NCBI GenBank assembly: GCA_029953675.1
Contig: JAMWBK010000006.1
Location: forward strand, 620,001-684,000
Length of the DNA: 64,000 nt
Reading direction: 5' to 3'
Source: Rhodosorus marinus CCMP1338
Lineage: Eukaryota; Plantae; Rhodophyta
Below, in pieces: positions 1 to 11,452 of this stretch. Under the pieces are notes generated by a model, which was not told the origin of the DNA, did not search any database, and worked only from the letters and a program-made list of their open reading frames with translations. Within the stretch, counting starts at the first letter, position 1, and every line of letters starts with the position of its first letter. The position numbers and the translations under genes are program-made.

Positions 1-1223
1 CTCTTGAGATCAGCTGACCTCGTTGCTATCCGAGGAACTGTGCCTGACGAGTCACTAGATTCGCGCAAGATCTGTGACTTTTGAACGCCAGCACCTGATA
101 CTTGCGTATTCCTGGTTTCTATTCTATCGCCCTCAGCTTCTTCCCTCTGCGATGCGCTTGGAGGAGGCTCCCTCTGATTACGTTCAGTTGATAACGGAGC
201 GGCGGATGACGCCATCTGAGACGCTTTGACGTACTTTTCATCAATTTCTTGTCGAAAATTTTCCGCAACTTGGGTGTCGGCAGCTCCATTATTCTGCGCT
301 TGTCTCTCTTTTGTGACCACGGGTCTTCCAAGGAGGTATTGGGTCTCCAGCTCTGGATACTCAGACTCTGCTTCAGCAAGAGATGGTTTAGCACGAAGAA
401 GAAGCAAAGGCAAACCCTCAAGTTGTTGTGGGGCATAGTTCATACCTAAATCTTCGACCGCAATTGGTTCACCATTAGCTTTAATTAAGTCACCATTCTG
501 CTCAGAACCTGATGAAGACATGGCTACAAGTTCGAGCACAGCTCTGTTGCCGTCAAAGGATGGATTCTGCTCGGCTGACCGAAAGGGCTCATCTATCTTG
601 CCCGTTCCGATTCCCATTGTTCGATGGTAGCGTTCTGTCCAGTAGTTGTCTAATTTACCCCGAAACCGGTTCTCCAAAGCCTGAAGGGGTGCAAGCATAG
701 TCGCCACCCCCCTCACAAGCTTTGTCAAACCGAGGCCCTCTAGAACCTCGCGTAACTCCGGATCCTGTTCAATGGGAGTAGGAGATTCCATTTCCACAAG
801 TACGTCACTGCCCCAAACCCACAAGCTTTCGATCATCAGTTGGAGATCATTGTCGGAGCCCGAAATTCGAATGCAGAACCAGAACTTCTTCGGTATGACA
901 ATCTTCCCTGCGAGGGTCTCGAAGCTGTAGCCCAACGTGTCGGGGTCCATTGTGTTTTTACACTCCTCCGAAAGCTTTGCCCACATTGTGTATTGTCCAT
1001 CGAACAAAAGCATTCTACCCTCCTCCGGAACAACTGTAAGGACCTGGCAGTGGAGCACACGCCCAGGTCCATATTTGACTTCCAACCTGAACTCCTCTGG
1101 AGTTAACCTTGTCGCATCGGACCGAGTCGCAACCTCCACAAGTAAACTCTTGATCCATGGCCGCCTAAGTAGCGAAGGATCACGAAATTGCTTTCCAGGC
1201 ATGGTACCACCCCCTCCAACCAT
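1..1223 (-). CDS. TPP1/Est3-like OB-fold protein (putative shelterin/telomerase-recruitment factor); 3' end runs off the window
   Basis: Manual translation gives 407 codons with no stop, from ATG 1223 to the window edge: MVGGGGTMPGKQFRDPSLLRRPWIKSLL...CQVLTVVPEEGRMLLFDGQYTMWAKLSEEC...SFETLAGKIVIPKKF...LQLMIESLWVW...PIEQDPELREVL, then a Ser/Glu/Gln-rich low-complexity tail. Motif order matches the human TPP1 OB fold as remembered (LVLRPWIRELI / GQLLEVL / LLVSDGTHSVRCLVTREA / FRGTEGRLLLL / FYLQVDRFSLL / CNQDLDVQKKL). Confidence 0.75.
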   Translation of the reverse strand, partial: MVGGGGTMPGKQFRDPSLLRRPWIKSLLVEVATRSDATRLTPEEFRLEVKYGPGRVLHCQVLTVVPEEGRMLLFDGQYTMWAKLSEECKNTMDPDTLGYSFETLAGKIVIPKKFWFCIRISGSDNDLQLMIESLWVWGSDVLVEMESPTPIEQDPELREVLEGLGLTKLVRGVATMLAPLQALENRFRGKLDNYWTERYHRTMGIGTGKIDEPFRSAEQNPSFDGNRAVLELVAMSSSGSEQNGDLIKANGEPIAVEDLGMNYAPQQLEGLPLLLLRAKPSLAEAESEYPELETQYLLGRPVVTKERQAQNNGAADTQVAENFRQEIDEKYVKASQMASSAAPLSTERNQREPPPSASQREEAEGDRIETRNTQVSGAGVQKSQILRESSDSSGTVPRIATRSADLK

Positions 1224-1514
1224 GCTCCTTTTTCTATCGATTCCTATCGACGGAAAAAAAAAACCAAACCAAAGCTCCGGGCTCAATCCCTACGATCATC
1301 CACACACGAAGACGAAGCAAAGGTGCTAAACACCTTCAGCTGCGTCGCATCCGTCGAGACCAAACATCATCCTCCGATAACTTGCTTCCCATACAAAGTC
1401 TCAACGGCTCCTCGATTTTCCCACTCCTAAACCCTGGACAAGCACTAGCACCTCATGAAAGCTACATCACAACAAATTTTTCAAATATCGACTCGGTACG
1501 TCGTCGCTTTCAGT

Positions 1515-2870
1515 TCACAAGCACATTGATGTCGTTCCTCCCAAACCGTTCATGAAGGATTGAGACATTGCCTTCTCCTCTTCCAACTCCGAGAGGCGAA
1601 AGGTAGTTCCCGCTAAAACAACTTCCTTCCAAAACCATTTGCTTGAAGGAATTGAGTCATAGCAGTTCCTGTTCCACGCGAGGAAGTTCGTTCTCAACCA
1701 AACCGACGTCCTTTTTGGGGGCAAGAGGAGATGTACTGAGAAATCTATCCATCTCTCTTGCCTGAAATTCGAACCCATCAGCCTTTCCTTCCTTACGTTT
1801 TAGGAATCTCTTGTTCAAAGCTTGGCGCAAACTATCGCGTTGTGGCACATTGCGACTCTGTTCATACGAAACGAAAACGGTTTTTGGTACCTCCAGACAG
1901 TTCATGAAAACGAATGGATCTTTCCGCTTGACAAGCTGGATTCTCTCAGAAGAGACAACAAGATCTTCTCTTACTAAAAGATATCTTAATAGGCGGCAAG
2001 GCCAGTCTCTGCTATCCAGAGACATATCTTGATCCAGAATCGAACCCGCGAGCTTTAAGCTTTGTTGTTACGTTTGAGGGAGAGCTCCTTTGGAAACTCT
2101 ATTTCCGTTTGAAAAGGACGATTTCACTGAACACGTTCTGGGACGAGTTTTCCTCAAAGACTTCTGGTCTTTTCCTCCGCTTTTCATTTTTAGCTTCTGG
2201 TTTTTGGCTTCTAACAAGCGTTGGCCAAGAACGGGTTTGTTTTCAACGTGGAACTTCTGTGTGTAGAGAGAAGCCGTAGTTTGTTCTCAGAGTCCAAGAA
2301 GTCTCGTTTTTCGAGATTGTCTGTGTTTGCCGGGAATCGAACCCGCGAGCTTTTCTAACTGTTCGCGCGTTCAAGGAGCTCTCTTTCCGGCAACCTTTTT
2401 TTTCGCAATCAAAAGAGTTGGATCTCACTCAGAGGGTTTTGGGTACGATTTTGATTTTTTGCTTTGAAGTTGTGAACAAGGTGAGCACGGGGATCCAATT
2501 CACTTCTTAAAAGAGTTGTAATCTTTCCTCCGGTTTTTTTCTTTTGCGTTCTGGGTTGTAGTTTGACTTCGAAGATGCCTATTTTTGAAGGAGAGGGTTC
2601 TAGGTGAGCATCCCTGCAGCAGCTGTGTTTTTTGGGAGGTGGAGAAGCGGAAGTTGGTTCTCTGAAAAGAAGGAAAACAACAGAAAGTGTTTTACTGAAA
2701 TCCCTGCATTGCCCGGAATCGAACTGGAGGTTTTCCTTTCTTACGTTTGAGCAGCGCTTCTGGAAACTTGGGCGCGAAGGAGACGATCTCACTGAAGAAG
2801 TTCTTCACGAACTTTCTCAGTTGCGAAGAAGATGAACGGAAGGAATCGATTCATTTCTTGAAGGATTTCT
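1515..2870 (-). pseudogene. Frameshifted (or mis-assembled) gene built of four degenerate exon-intron repeat units; weak BACK-domain-like motifs
   Basis: Recurring peptides FFSEIVSF..KFPEALLK, LSEIQLF and VFSEIVLF..EFPKELSLK are followed by phase-1 GT..AG introns at 2704-2744, 2321-2359 and 2028-2071; a fourth related phase-1 intron (1757-1796) follows ...NKRFLK. Splicing the last two joins ORFs 1657..2025 and 1515..1778 in frame. Upstream units need 1-nt indels in homopolymer runs and contain in-frame TGA codons. Confidence 0.45.
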
Positions 2871-2990
2871 GGTCCTTAAGTCGGCGACATTTGTGCTTCT
2901 AGCTTGAACTTCTAAGAACCCCAGTTGGGGAAGGAGCGGGTTCTGAGGTCTATTTCTCTAAACAGCTAATTTTTTTTGTGAAGAGAAAAG

Positions 2991-5900
2991 ATGGGGGTTC
3001 CGAGGTTTTACAGGTGGATATCTGAGAGATATCCGTTGATACGGAGGGATGTTGGATTTGGTGAAGGGACACCTACAGTGGATAACTTATATTTGGACTT
3101 GAATGGCGTGATTCACACGGCATCGAGGGCCGATGAGGTGGACAAACCGGTGCTCTCTGAAGAGGACATTTTTCTCAACTCGTTCAAGAAGATAGACGAG
3201 CTCATAGAGATAATTCAACCTACTGAGCTGATCTACTTCGCTGTGGATGGAGTGGCGCCTCGAGCAAAGATGAACCAGCAGAGGTCGAGGAGGTTTCGTT
3301 CTGCGAAAGAGCGCGTAGAAGAAGCTCAGAAGTCAGCAGAGACAGAACTCATCCCTAGCGACAACTACTTCGATTCCAATTGTATTACTCCCGGTACAAA
3401 GTTTATGTTGAGGCTTACAGAAGCTCTAACCTTTTACGCTGAGAAGAAGCTCACGGAGGACGTGAGATGGGAAAACCTCCAGGTCATCGTGTCCGGACCG
3501 AACACACCTGGAGAGGGTGAACACAAGATCATGGAATACATAAGAGAGATGAAGGCTAAGGGAGAACTGGGAAGCAATAAGAGACATTGTTTGTACGGCC
3601 TTGACGCCGATTTGATCATGCTCGCACTGGTTACGCACGAACCGCACTTCATTCTGTTACGTGAAAAAGTAAATATGGGACCGGGCAGCTTTGGCAAGTC
3701 GATTATGCCAAAGCCGCCGAAGGCGACTCAGTCTGGAGCAGGATCGGCTTTGGATTACGAACTGCTTTCCATTGGAGTCTTGCGGGAGTGTCTTGATTCG
3801 GAATTTTCTGGTTTGAAGCTATCGTTTTATGACCTTGAGCGGATCGTTGACGATCTGGTCGTTTTGTTCTTCATCGTTGGCAACGATTTTATCCCACACC
3901 TGCCAGCATTGGACATTGGGGAGGGAGGGCTTGACATGATGCTACGAATGTACAAGCACCTCCTGCCGGGGCAAGGAGGATACATAAACGACAGCGGAAC
4001 AATTAACCTGAATCGCCTGGAGAGAGTGCTTCGAGAGCTTGCGAAGATCGAAGGGGACACGCTTGTAAGACGCAGGGAAATGGCAAAGCAGAAGGGTCGT
4101 GGCGCAAAGCGAATCACGATTGACGATTTGTGGACTGACGATATTCCTGAATTCAAGTCATCGAATCAGCGTCGGACTGCGCCAACTGCTGTAGACTCCA
4201 GACGGCAGGACTTGAAGAGAGTGGCAGATGCTGGCAACTCCGAAAATGAGGACTCCGACGCTTCTGACTTGCTTTCTGATGAAGCACTGATTGACCTCGT
4301 GAACATAGCAGCGCCCGAGAATCCGTTGGATGTCCATTTATCGCTGAGAAAAGCTTACTATGAGGCGAAGTGTGGATTTTCTCCGGACAACATGGAACTG
4401 TTATCCACGAGAGTTGAGGATTATGTTAAAGTTGTTCTATGGACTGTAAAGTACTACTACTGCGGGGTCGTTTCATGGAGATGGTTCTATCCCTATCATT
4501 TCTCGCCAATGCTGGTCGACATGATCAATCTCAGTCGGTACTCGGAGAAGGTGAGAAACTCAGGACCTCGGCGGCACAATGGGTATGTTGCTGCTGCCTT
4601 TGCTGTCTTCGCTGAACAGCTCTTCTTCTTTTTGTTGCGTAGATTACATTTGAACTTGGAGAGCCATTCTTACCCGCGCAACAGCTCATGGCAGTGCTTC
4701 CACCGTCTAGCTCCTGGGCCCTACCTCAGCCGTACAGGAAGCTTATGCTTTCTGAGGAGAGCCCCATAGCAGAGTACTACCCTGTGGATTTCAAGGTGGA
4801 TCTCAACCAAAAAAAGAACGCTTGGGAAGGAGTAGTTCTTCTGCCGTTTGTTGACGAGCGCGAACTGATTTCGGCTATGGATACTGTAAACCCTGAGGAG
4901 CTCTCCGAGGAGGTCAGTCCCCGAAAACGCTCTCTCGTATGGTTTACCTTCGAGACAATAGTTGAGCAAAGTTAGGATCAACATCTACTCTTGTATCGCA
5001 GGAACGTCGCCGAAACACGCCGGCGAAGTCCATTCTGTTGAAGAAAGCTACATCACCGAATAGACCTTCCGAGGACAGGAGGATGGTGAAGTCTCCAATA
5101 CCAAACGTCATGAAGGACTTTCCTGCTGCATCTGACCTCGAAGAGGTGGAACCTGACTTGAACGTTGAGCCTTTCCGTGGTACGTGTTCAAGCTACCAGG
5201 TGTTTCTTGAACACCACCAGTTGGCGACCAACTCTTTCCGGTATCGCTGAGACCTTCTGCACATGGATTCCTTTAGGCCGAAAGCCCGACGGCGTGCTAG
5301 AGCCTGTGAACGACAACGAAACGCTGGGAGGGTGGCCTACGTTGGCCTCCGTGCCATTTTATAGTGCTATCCGACCAATAATGGTCAACCTGTTTGGATA
5401 TCCGAGCAAATACGCCTCGTTTGTCGTCACACCGGGCAACAGGATTGACGAGGACCACGAGCCCACGCCTTTCTTACCATTTCAATCAGTCGATCACGCG
5501 GTATGAACGCTTGTATATCTCAATGGCTTTTTATTGGAACTCGCTGACGTATTCGAGTGTTTCTCTTGCTGGACAGATGAGTTTGGGTCTCAAGCCCGGG
5601 AATAAGGTTCTTGTTGACTACCCCTTCCAGGCTGAAGCCAGGGTTGAGGGTATCATGGACAGTACCACGGTTGTTAGATTCGGCGAGAATGGATCCTTAG
5701 TACGTGAGAGGGTAACCGGGGATCGCTTCCTGGACCTGAAGATGAAAATGATTGAGCGTCAAACGACGGAGAAGGCACTTCGAATGGTGGATAGCACGGT
5801 ATGTTCCTGGTCCCGACCTGGCAGATCCAATCCGAGCCTGTTTACTTGCCTTTCCAGCGTCCGCGCGAAACTGTACGGTTATCACCATGCTGTTGTTTTG

Positions 5901-8141
5901 CTCATCTTGCACTTCTCGTCCACCATGCCAGGTTCTCTGCGATGTCAGACTACCGAAGACCAAGAACCCGGTTACCGGGGACGTGCAAGAGTATAGGGCA
6001 GAAAGCAAGATAGTTGCTGGAGAGCTTCTCATTCCGTGGTACAAACGATCGTCAAAGAGGGAGGTTTCGCAAGACTACGTGCCTGGTCAGAAGGTCCTCT
6101 GTACAGAGAAACTGAATTTCCATGGACGCGTTGGTACAATCCAAAAACTCACAAACGTCGGCGAGGATGAGGGGGAACATGTCGCAGTGGTACTGTACCC
6201 ACGCAAGGCTTGGCACGTGTTATCTGCTTTGGCGAGCCGTTGCGCTGACCGCAACGTCTGTGATTATGAACAGGTTGATTTTCTGATCCCTGTCGCAGCG
6301 AGCACTGAGATTGAGTACTCACACAAAATATTTGAGGCTGACAAGAAAGCAACCTGGTTCTCTCCGGGGGATCTTGGATCATCGCTGAAGATTTTCCCTC
6401 CATTAGTGTCCCGGATCATGGGCAGCCTCCTCGTGTCAATAGCTGAGCCAAAAAAGAAGGTAATAGACGTCGGTCTCGGAGTGAAAAGCCCCAGAATTCG
6501 GTGCTACAAGCCTGGATACGCAAGAAGAGTGGCACCGAAAAGGATGTCCCAGGCTGTAACCGGAGTGATTTATGAGTACTCAGAAGAGGTATGTTGAGGC
6601 GCGGAGATCAGAACCCGCCCAGGAATGTTTCAGTCAAATAGGTTGGTAGTGCTTATACTGAAAAAACAACGTGTGTTGTGCTATTGGCTACTTGAAGACC
6701 AAAAAAATAATGCAGACGTACAAGAAGGAGTTCCCAGAGGTACTAAAGGTGCTTGAGGACTTTATGAAGAAGAACGATTCGCAAGACTCCAAGGACACTC
6801 CAGTCCTGGAACTGATTCCCCCAGGAGGAAATGAGAATGGAAAGGCTTCAGTAGACCTCGCGGTTGTGTCTAGACTTGTTAAGTGGTTGGACTCGCTTGG
6901 CTTGAAGCAGCAGCCACTTTTGCCAGTTGAGTCTCAAGCGGCTTCAAAGGCGACTATCGCGAAGATAGAGCAGTTCACGAAACGTATGCTCCGAAGACAG
7001 AAGGACTTGGTCACAACGATTCGCGAAGATGGCAGCGATTTCTATTTAGCAGCGGGAGCCAACGAAGCCGTTGTGGTGAAATTGAAGAACCTTGAGAACG
7101 GTAGACCATCGACTAGAGGGAAAGCTCCAACTTTCGTGTTGATGGGCGATCGTGTGGTGAACCGGTCCTCAGAAACGGCCGTGCCTTTCGGGGCGAGGGG
7201 AACAGTTGTTGGAATCTTCAACAATGCGAAGGACGCGTATGTGGAGGTCGTGTATGATGAACCCTTCGTTGGAGGAACGTCGCTGAATTCGAGGTGTACG
7301 GAGATGTGCGGCAAGCTGGAGAAACTTTCGAATCTGTTGGTTTTGACGCCAATGAAATGGAGCAAGCAGGACGATCTCAGCAAGGATGAGGACGTCAAAC
7401 CTGCTGAGCAGCTTCCAGCCAGAGGAGGTGATGCAGAGGAGTCTGGCTTTAGGCCGCTTCCTCCCAAGCCACTTCCTCCCAAGCCACTTCCTCCATCAGA
7501 GGAGAGCGCAGCAGAAATCCTTGCAGTGAGCAAGTCCAGAGCTGCAACACCGTCGAAGTCGAAAGCCCGAGCCATGGATAAGAAGGGAGGTACATCTCGA
7601 AGACCCATGGTAGAGCCGCGATCAGCAAACCCGAGCAACAGATCCGATACAGCGCTTGTCGAAGATTTCATCAAAAATGTCACCGTTGTTGATCAAATGA
7701 TCCTGGCCTACTCACCGCCGGCTTCTTCAGGTGATGAATCCGCACCGAACAGCACCAGAAAAGAACGCAGAGCAGCTCAGGCCAGACGCAACAAGAAGAA
7801 GGCGCCGTCCAGAGAAAATTCCGTCGATTTATCTTTGGACGTTTCTCGTAAGCAGAAGAACCGGACGAAAAGCAGCAAGAACGATAGTGATATCGTAGAC
7901 TTTTGGGAGGATCTCCAGAGCGGTCGGAAGAAACCGGGCGTCAAAGCCGGAGGTCTGTCATCATGCAATCTTTCTTTCCCCAGCTGTGTCTACTCTGAGA
8001 CAACTACTAACATAGCTGAACGACGCCATTTCTTTGCCCCCCTCTTCAGTGAGCGAATCATCATCAAAAGATGATTCTAAAAAAACAAGAAAGTCAAGAG
8101 ACCCGAAGAAGAAGCAGGAAAGTCCTGTTCAGGCGGGATGA
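2991..8141 (+). CDS. XRN1: 5'-3' exoribonuclease 1 (multi-exon)
   Basis: MGVPRFYRWISERYP start, DNLYLDLNG, DGVAPRAKMNQQRSRRF, FDSNCITPGT, PGEGEHKIM, YGLDADL, VGNDFIPH, WRWFYPYHFSP. Splicing the intron at about 4552-4642 gives FELGEPFLPAQQLMAVLPP. The C-terminal SH3-like module GDRVVNRSSETAVPFGARGTVVGI is typical of XRN1 rather than XRN2. Inferred last exon ends ...ESPVQAG* at 8141. Confidence 0.95.
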
Positions 8142-8756
8142 TTGATCGATAACCGTGAACAAGCCCTCCACAGCTCGTTCGTCTTGAAGTTGATGACAGT
8201 GGGGGCACCAGGTGGAGAAGGCGTTGACGTTGGCGCCTTTCCTAGCTGCGGTGCTGAGAAGAGGATGAAGCGATACTGAACCTACTCGGCAAATTGAGAA
8301 CTTCGCCTCTTTGCATGAACGACGTCGATTGTAAGACATAAGAGGAACTATCCTCACCTTCAAGCCACTGCTGCGTGCCAGCACGTTAAACTAAAACAGC
8401 ACAGCGGTGGAGGGAATGACTGGCCTTTCATGAGGGTCTACTACAAAGACTGTGCATGAGGGGTGGTCTCAACAATCCATGGTGTACGAAGGACAAGGAA
8501 TCTTGAGGCTGTCTGTGTCCCGTTCCGTTCCCTGTTTCCTCTCAAAAGTTCTCCTCAACGTGTTGCTAGCTGATCTCGTTGATCTCGTGCTCACCTGCGG
8601 TTGTTAACTCCACAAGCTTGAATCGGTAGACGCTTGGGAGCAGCTTCTGAAGGAACCTTGATCGTATGATAAGAACATCTTCATAATACGTACAACCTTC
8701 CCAGTTTCGCCGAACACTTCCAGGTCATCGTCTTTGAAGGTGGGAGAGGACATTTT
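8138..8756 (-). CDS. Small multi-exon hypothetical protein
   Basis: Exon candidates MSSPTFKDDDLEVFGETGK | VPSEAAPKRLPIQACGVNNR | ... | LGKAPTSTPSPPGAPTVINFKTNELWRACSRLSINHPA*, with GT/AG borders. Middle exons unresolved; no family recognised. Confidence 0.35.
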
Positions 8757-8925
8757 GCCCTTGGCCTTGCGGAGCCCTCTCCCTGGACTGTAAAAGAGGC
8801 TGCTTGACGGAACTTGAGGAAGTTTGGAAATAGATTTCGCATTATAATAAATCAAGGTTCTTCTCAAGACGGGATGAGAGTATGAAGCTGCTATACAAGA
8901 AAAGGTTGCGATGTCGTCCTTGGAC

Positions 8926-9660
8926 TTATTCAGATGAGCCAGCGTGCTCAGTTTCGTGGATTTTGGAGGCTTCTTCTTCTTCTGAAGAAGAAGACGAAGA
9001 ATTCAGTGAGCTGCTTGCGTCTGCTTCGGAACCCTGAAACGAAGTTCTCGAAGAGAACATGGAAGCCTATTGGGAAGGGAGTGACAATTTCAGAATTGGA
9101 TTAGGAAAGTTGCGGTTGGGGGGGGTTTCTTCTGTTCATTTGCATGGGAAGAGTTTGGTTACCGATTTCTTCGGATCATCTTGAGCGTCAAGTCTCGTGC
9201 TTCGATGGAGACTCGAGGATAGTCGCCTGCCTGATATAGACGAAGAGTTTCCCGGATTGACGTACCACGAGCTCTCGTTTGTGAAGGCGTGCAAGCTGTG
9301 GCTATGTTTGGATTGGGACGGATCCTTAGGTTCCCACCTCTCCGGCTTCTGCAAAGAACGTGGAAGATTACTCACGCGCCTCTGAAACGAACCATGCACG
9401 TCACCATCAGCGCGCCTCGAAAATTCCTGATACGTAGGCATATTGTAGAAGCTCCTCGATCGCTGTTCAGCTTCCACACTCAGACCAAGCTTCTCCTCAT
9501 CCGCCCCAGCGGAAAATATTCCCTTCTGCTCCTGCCTCAGCACCCCAATCGACTCTCGCTTCCCAGTCACCGGATTCGGACTTCCAGGCCGAACACCGAA
9601 GGAACCGCCACTTCCATTCTTCCAAGCAGGCCCACTAGTCATTGCTTCAAATTTTATCAC
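8926..9660 (-). CDS. Ser-rich, probably disordered hypothetical protein (2 exons)
   Basis: ORF 9136..9660 splices in phase 0 (KKS|gtaacc...caatag|ASMFSS) to a Ser/Glu-rich exon ending TAA at 8926. Confidence 0.55.
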
Positions 9661-11452
9661 TCGTACTTGGTACCAAACAAGTCATGAAAGCGAACAACGC
9701 CTGCACCTCCTAACCTCAACAACTCAAGTGCCCAACCACTTCTCTCAACATCTTCAAAACCCCGCCTAAATTCGCTTTCATGAAATAGAATATTTTGTTA
9801 TAAAGTTTTAGATTTAGACATATTCCGCATGATCAAGGATCTACCCGGGCATTGTTGGACTCGTTCAATCTCAGCGAACAGAGAGCTCCGCCAGAGTTTG
9901 GAAGAGTGCGACTTGTTGTCTCTGTCACTCGTTGGACAATGCGGTGATCAGCCCCCTCGTTGCGGAATTTGTTTTCTTCTGTTTAGTCTTGTGCTTGCAA
10001 AAACGGAGAAGAAACATCCGGTACAAATTCATCCAGCGGAACGGGGAGCTTAGCACACCACCCCGCCGACCCGGCAGTATTGAGCAGTTGGGTGAAAGGT
10101 CCTGGATGTCACCCGAGGCTGCAGGATGAGGCTGAGGGTCGCTAGCATTCTACTGCGCCTTAAAACGCGTCCCCATCGATGACGAGTGCGGGGAAATACT
10201 CGCGGTGCTCACGGAAAGTTTTCTGGTAACGCCCATAAGAAGCTCGGTCCTGCTTTTGCGTGAGGTAGGGACTGATAGCGGCAGCTTGTCGAAGCTTTAA
10301 TTGATTACTCGCTCGAGGGAGAGAGTGGATCTTAGCAGTGTTGATGGACACATCGTTGCAAGAATCTGTTGCAATTTCGGATAAGGGAGTCTCAGTACTC
10401 TGAGGATATGACTCTTCCAAGCTCTGGGAGTAGGCGCTGGCTCATCGGGTGATTCGGTCTTTTAGACAGCGTTGCTTCCTCGCTGGCTTCCTCGTGTTTT
10501 TCGAGGTGCCCCAAGCCGTCTTGATAGCCTCCTCCCGGAATTCTCTCCAACACTCTCGCGCTCTAACGCTGCTTTGTTGTTGCCAGCGCCCCATCAGCGT
10601 CTCCCTTCGCGCTCCCCATCGCACCACATGCCCTGGCTACACCACATGAGATTAGCGATGGTAACTTAGACATAAGTACTAAAAGTACTTAATTAAGGAC
10701 AAACTCTACGAACAAAAATCATTCAATAAAGCTATTCACCCGCTCGTTGCACACTCTACTTACCCCCTCAAAAAACATATATCTAATTTTTATTTAGAAA
10801 TATCAATTAACTAGCAATATCTAAGGGGTAATAATCTCTCCAAAACAATTTCTATTAAAAAACTACTTTTGGCTATTCCTCGTCCATGTTAAAGGGTACT
10901 TTTTCTTAATTTGGATTGATTTTCTCTTTTCTGTCCTGTTTCCGTTAGCGGGATTGCTCGTTTAGATACACAGCCGGAAATCTTTAACCGCTGTGTGTGT
11001 ACAACACATCCGTTTCTCCTGCTCAAAATGGGATAGTGCTCAAATTATTGAGTATTTTATGAAAATTGATATATGACTCTTATGACTCTTAAGCCAAATA
11101 TACTGATTGCGTTAGATACGGTTGATATTGCACGAGCTGCAAGCTAAGAAGCTGTTGGAATGTACTAACTGGGGTGGGGGCCGAATTTCGTGTATTTGTC
11201 ACTTTTCTTGGCTTGGTGGCATTGGTTGTGGTGGTGGGGAGGATAGGGGATATTGGTTTTAGTGTTCGAAGGCCAAGGCCTATATAAGTGTGTAGATTGC
11301 GGCTAGCAGTGGGTGAGGTTGGGGGTGGGGAGTTGCAGAGTTGAGTCGACTGAAAGATGCGTTGACCGGAGGTGAGCTGAAGGTAGAAAGCGAGGGAAGT
11401 CACCTGTTTTGTGTGAGGTTTTTTTGGTCTGTGTTTTGTTTTGTATGAAAAA

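Noticed and set aside
650-720. An intron or frameshift in the TPP1-like gene near the G6 run
   Set aside because: A codon-by-codon recheck shows the frame is continuous (…ENRFRGKLDNYW…), so no intron is needed.
2321-2359. GGTTCGA hits (also ~11528 and ~18619) as tRNA genes
   Set aside because: No complete cloverleaf, anticodon arm or paired acceptor stem. The 1.7-2.7 kb copies are reported as intron motifs instead.
8094-8384. WCPHC in ORF 8094..8384 as a thioredoxin active site
   Set aside because: It lies near the ORF's end with no thioredoxin-fold context, and an alternative splice-bounded frame reads more plausibly.
10160-10627. Two in-frame minus-strand ORFs separated by one TGA (10442) as selenocysteine or readthrough
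   Set aside because: No redox motif, no recognisable homology and no SECIS-like hairpin seen. Chance or pseudogene is more likely, and the coding status of 9.8-10.65 kb is unresolved.
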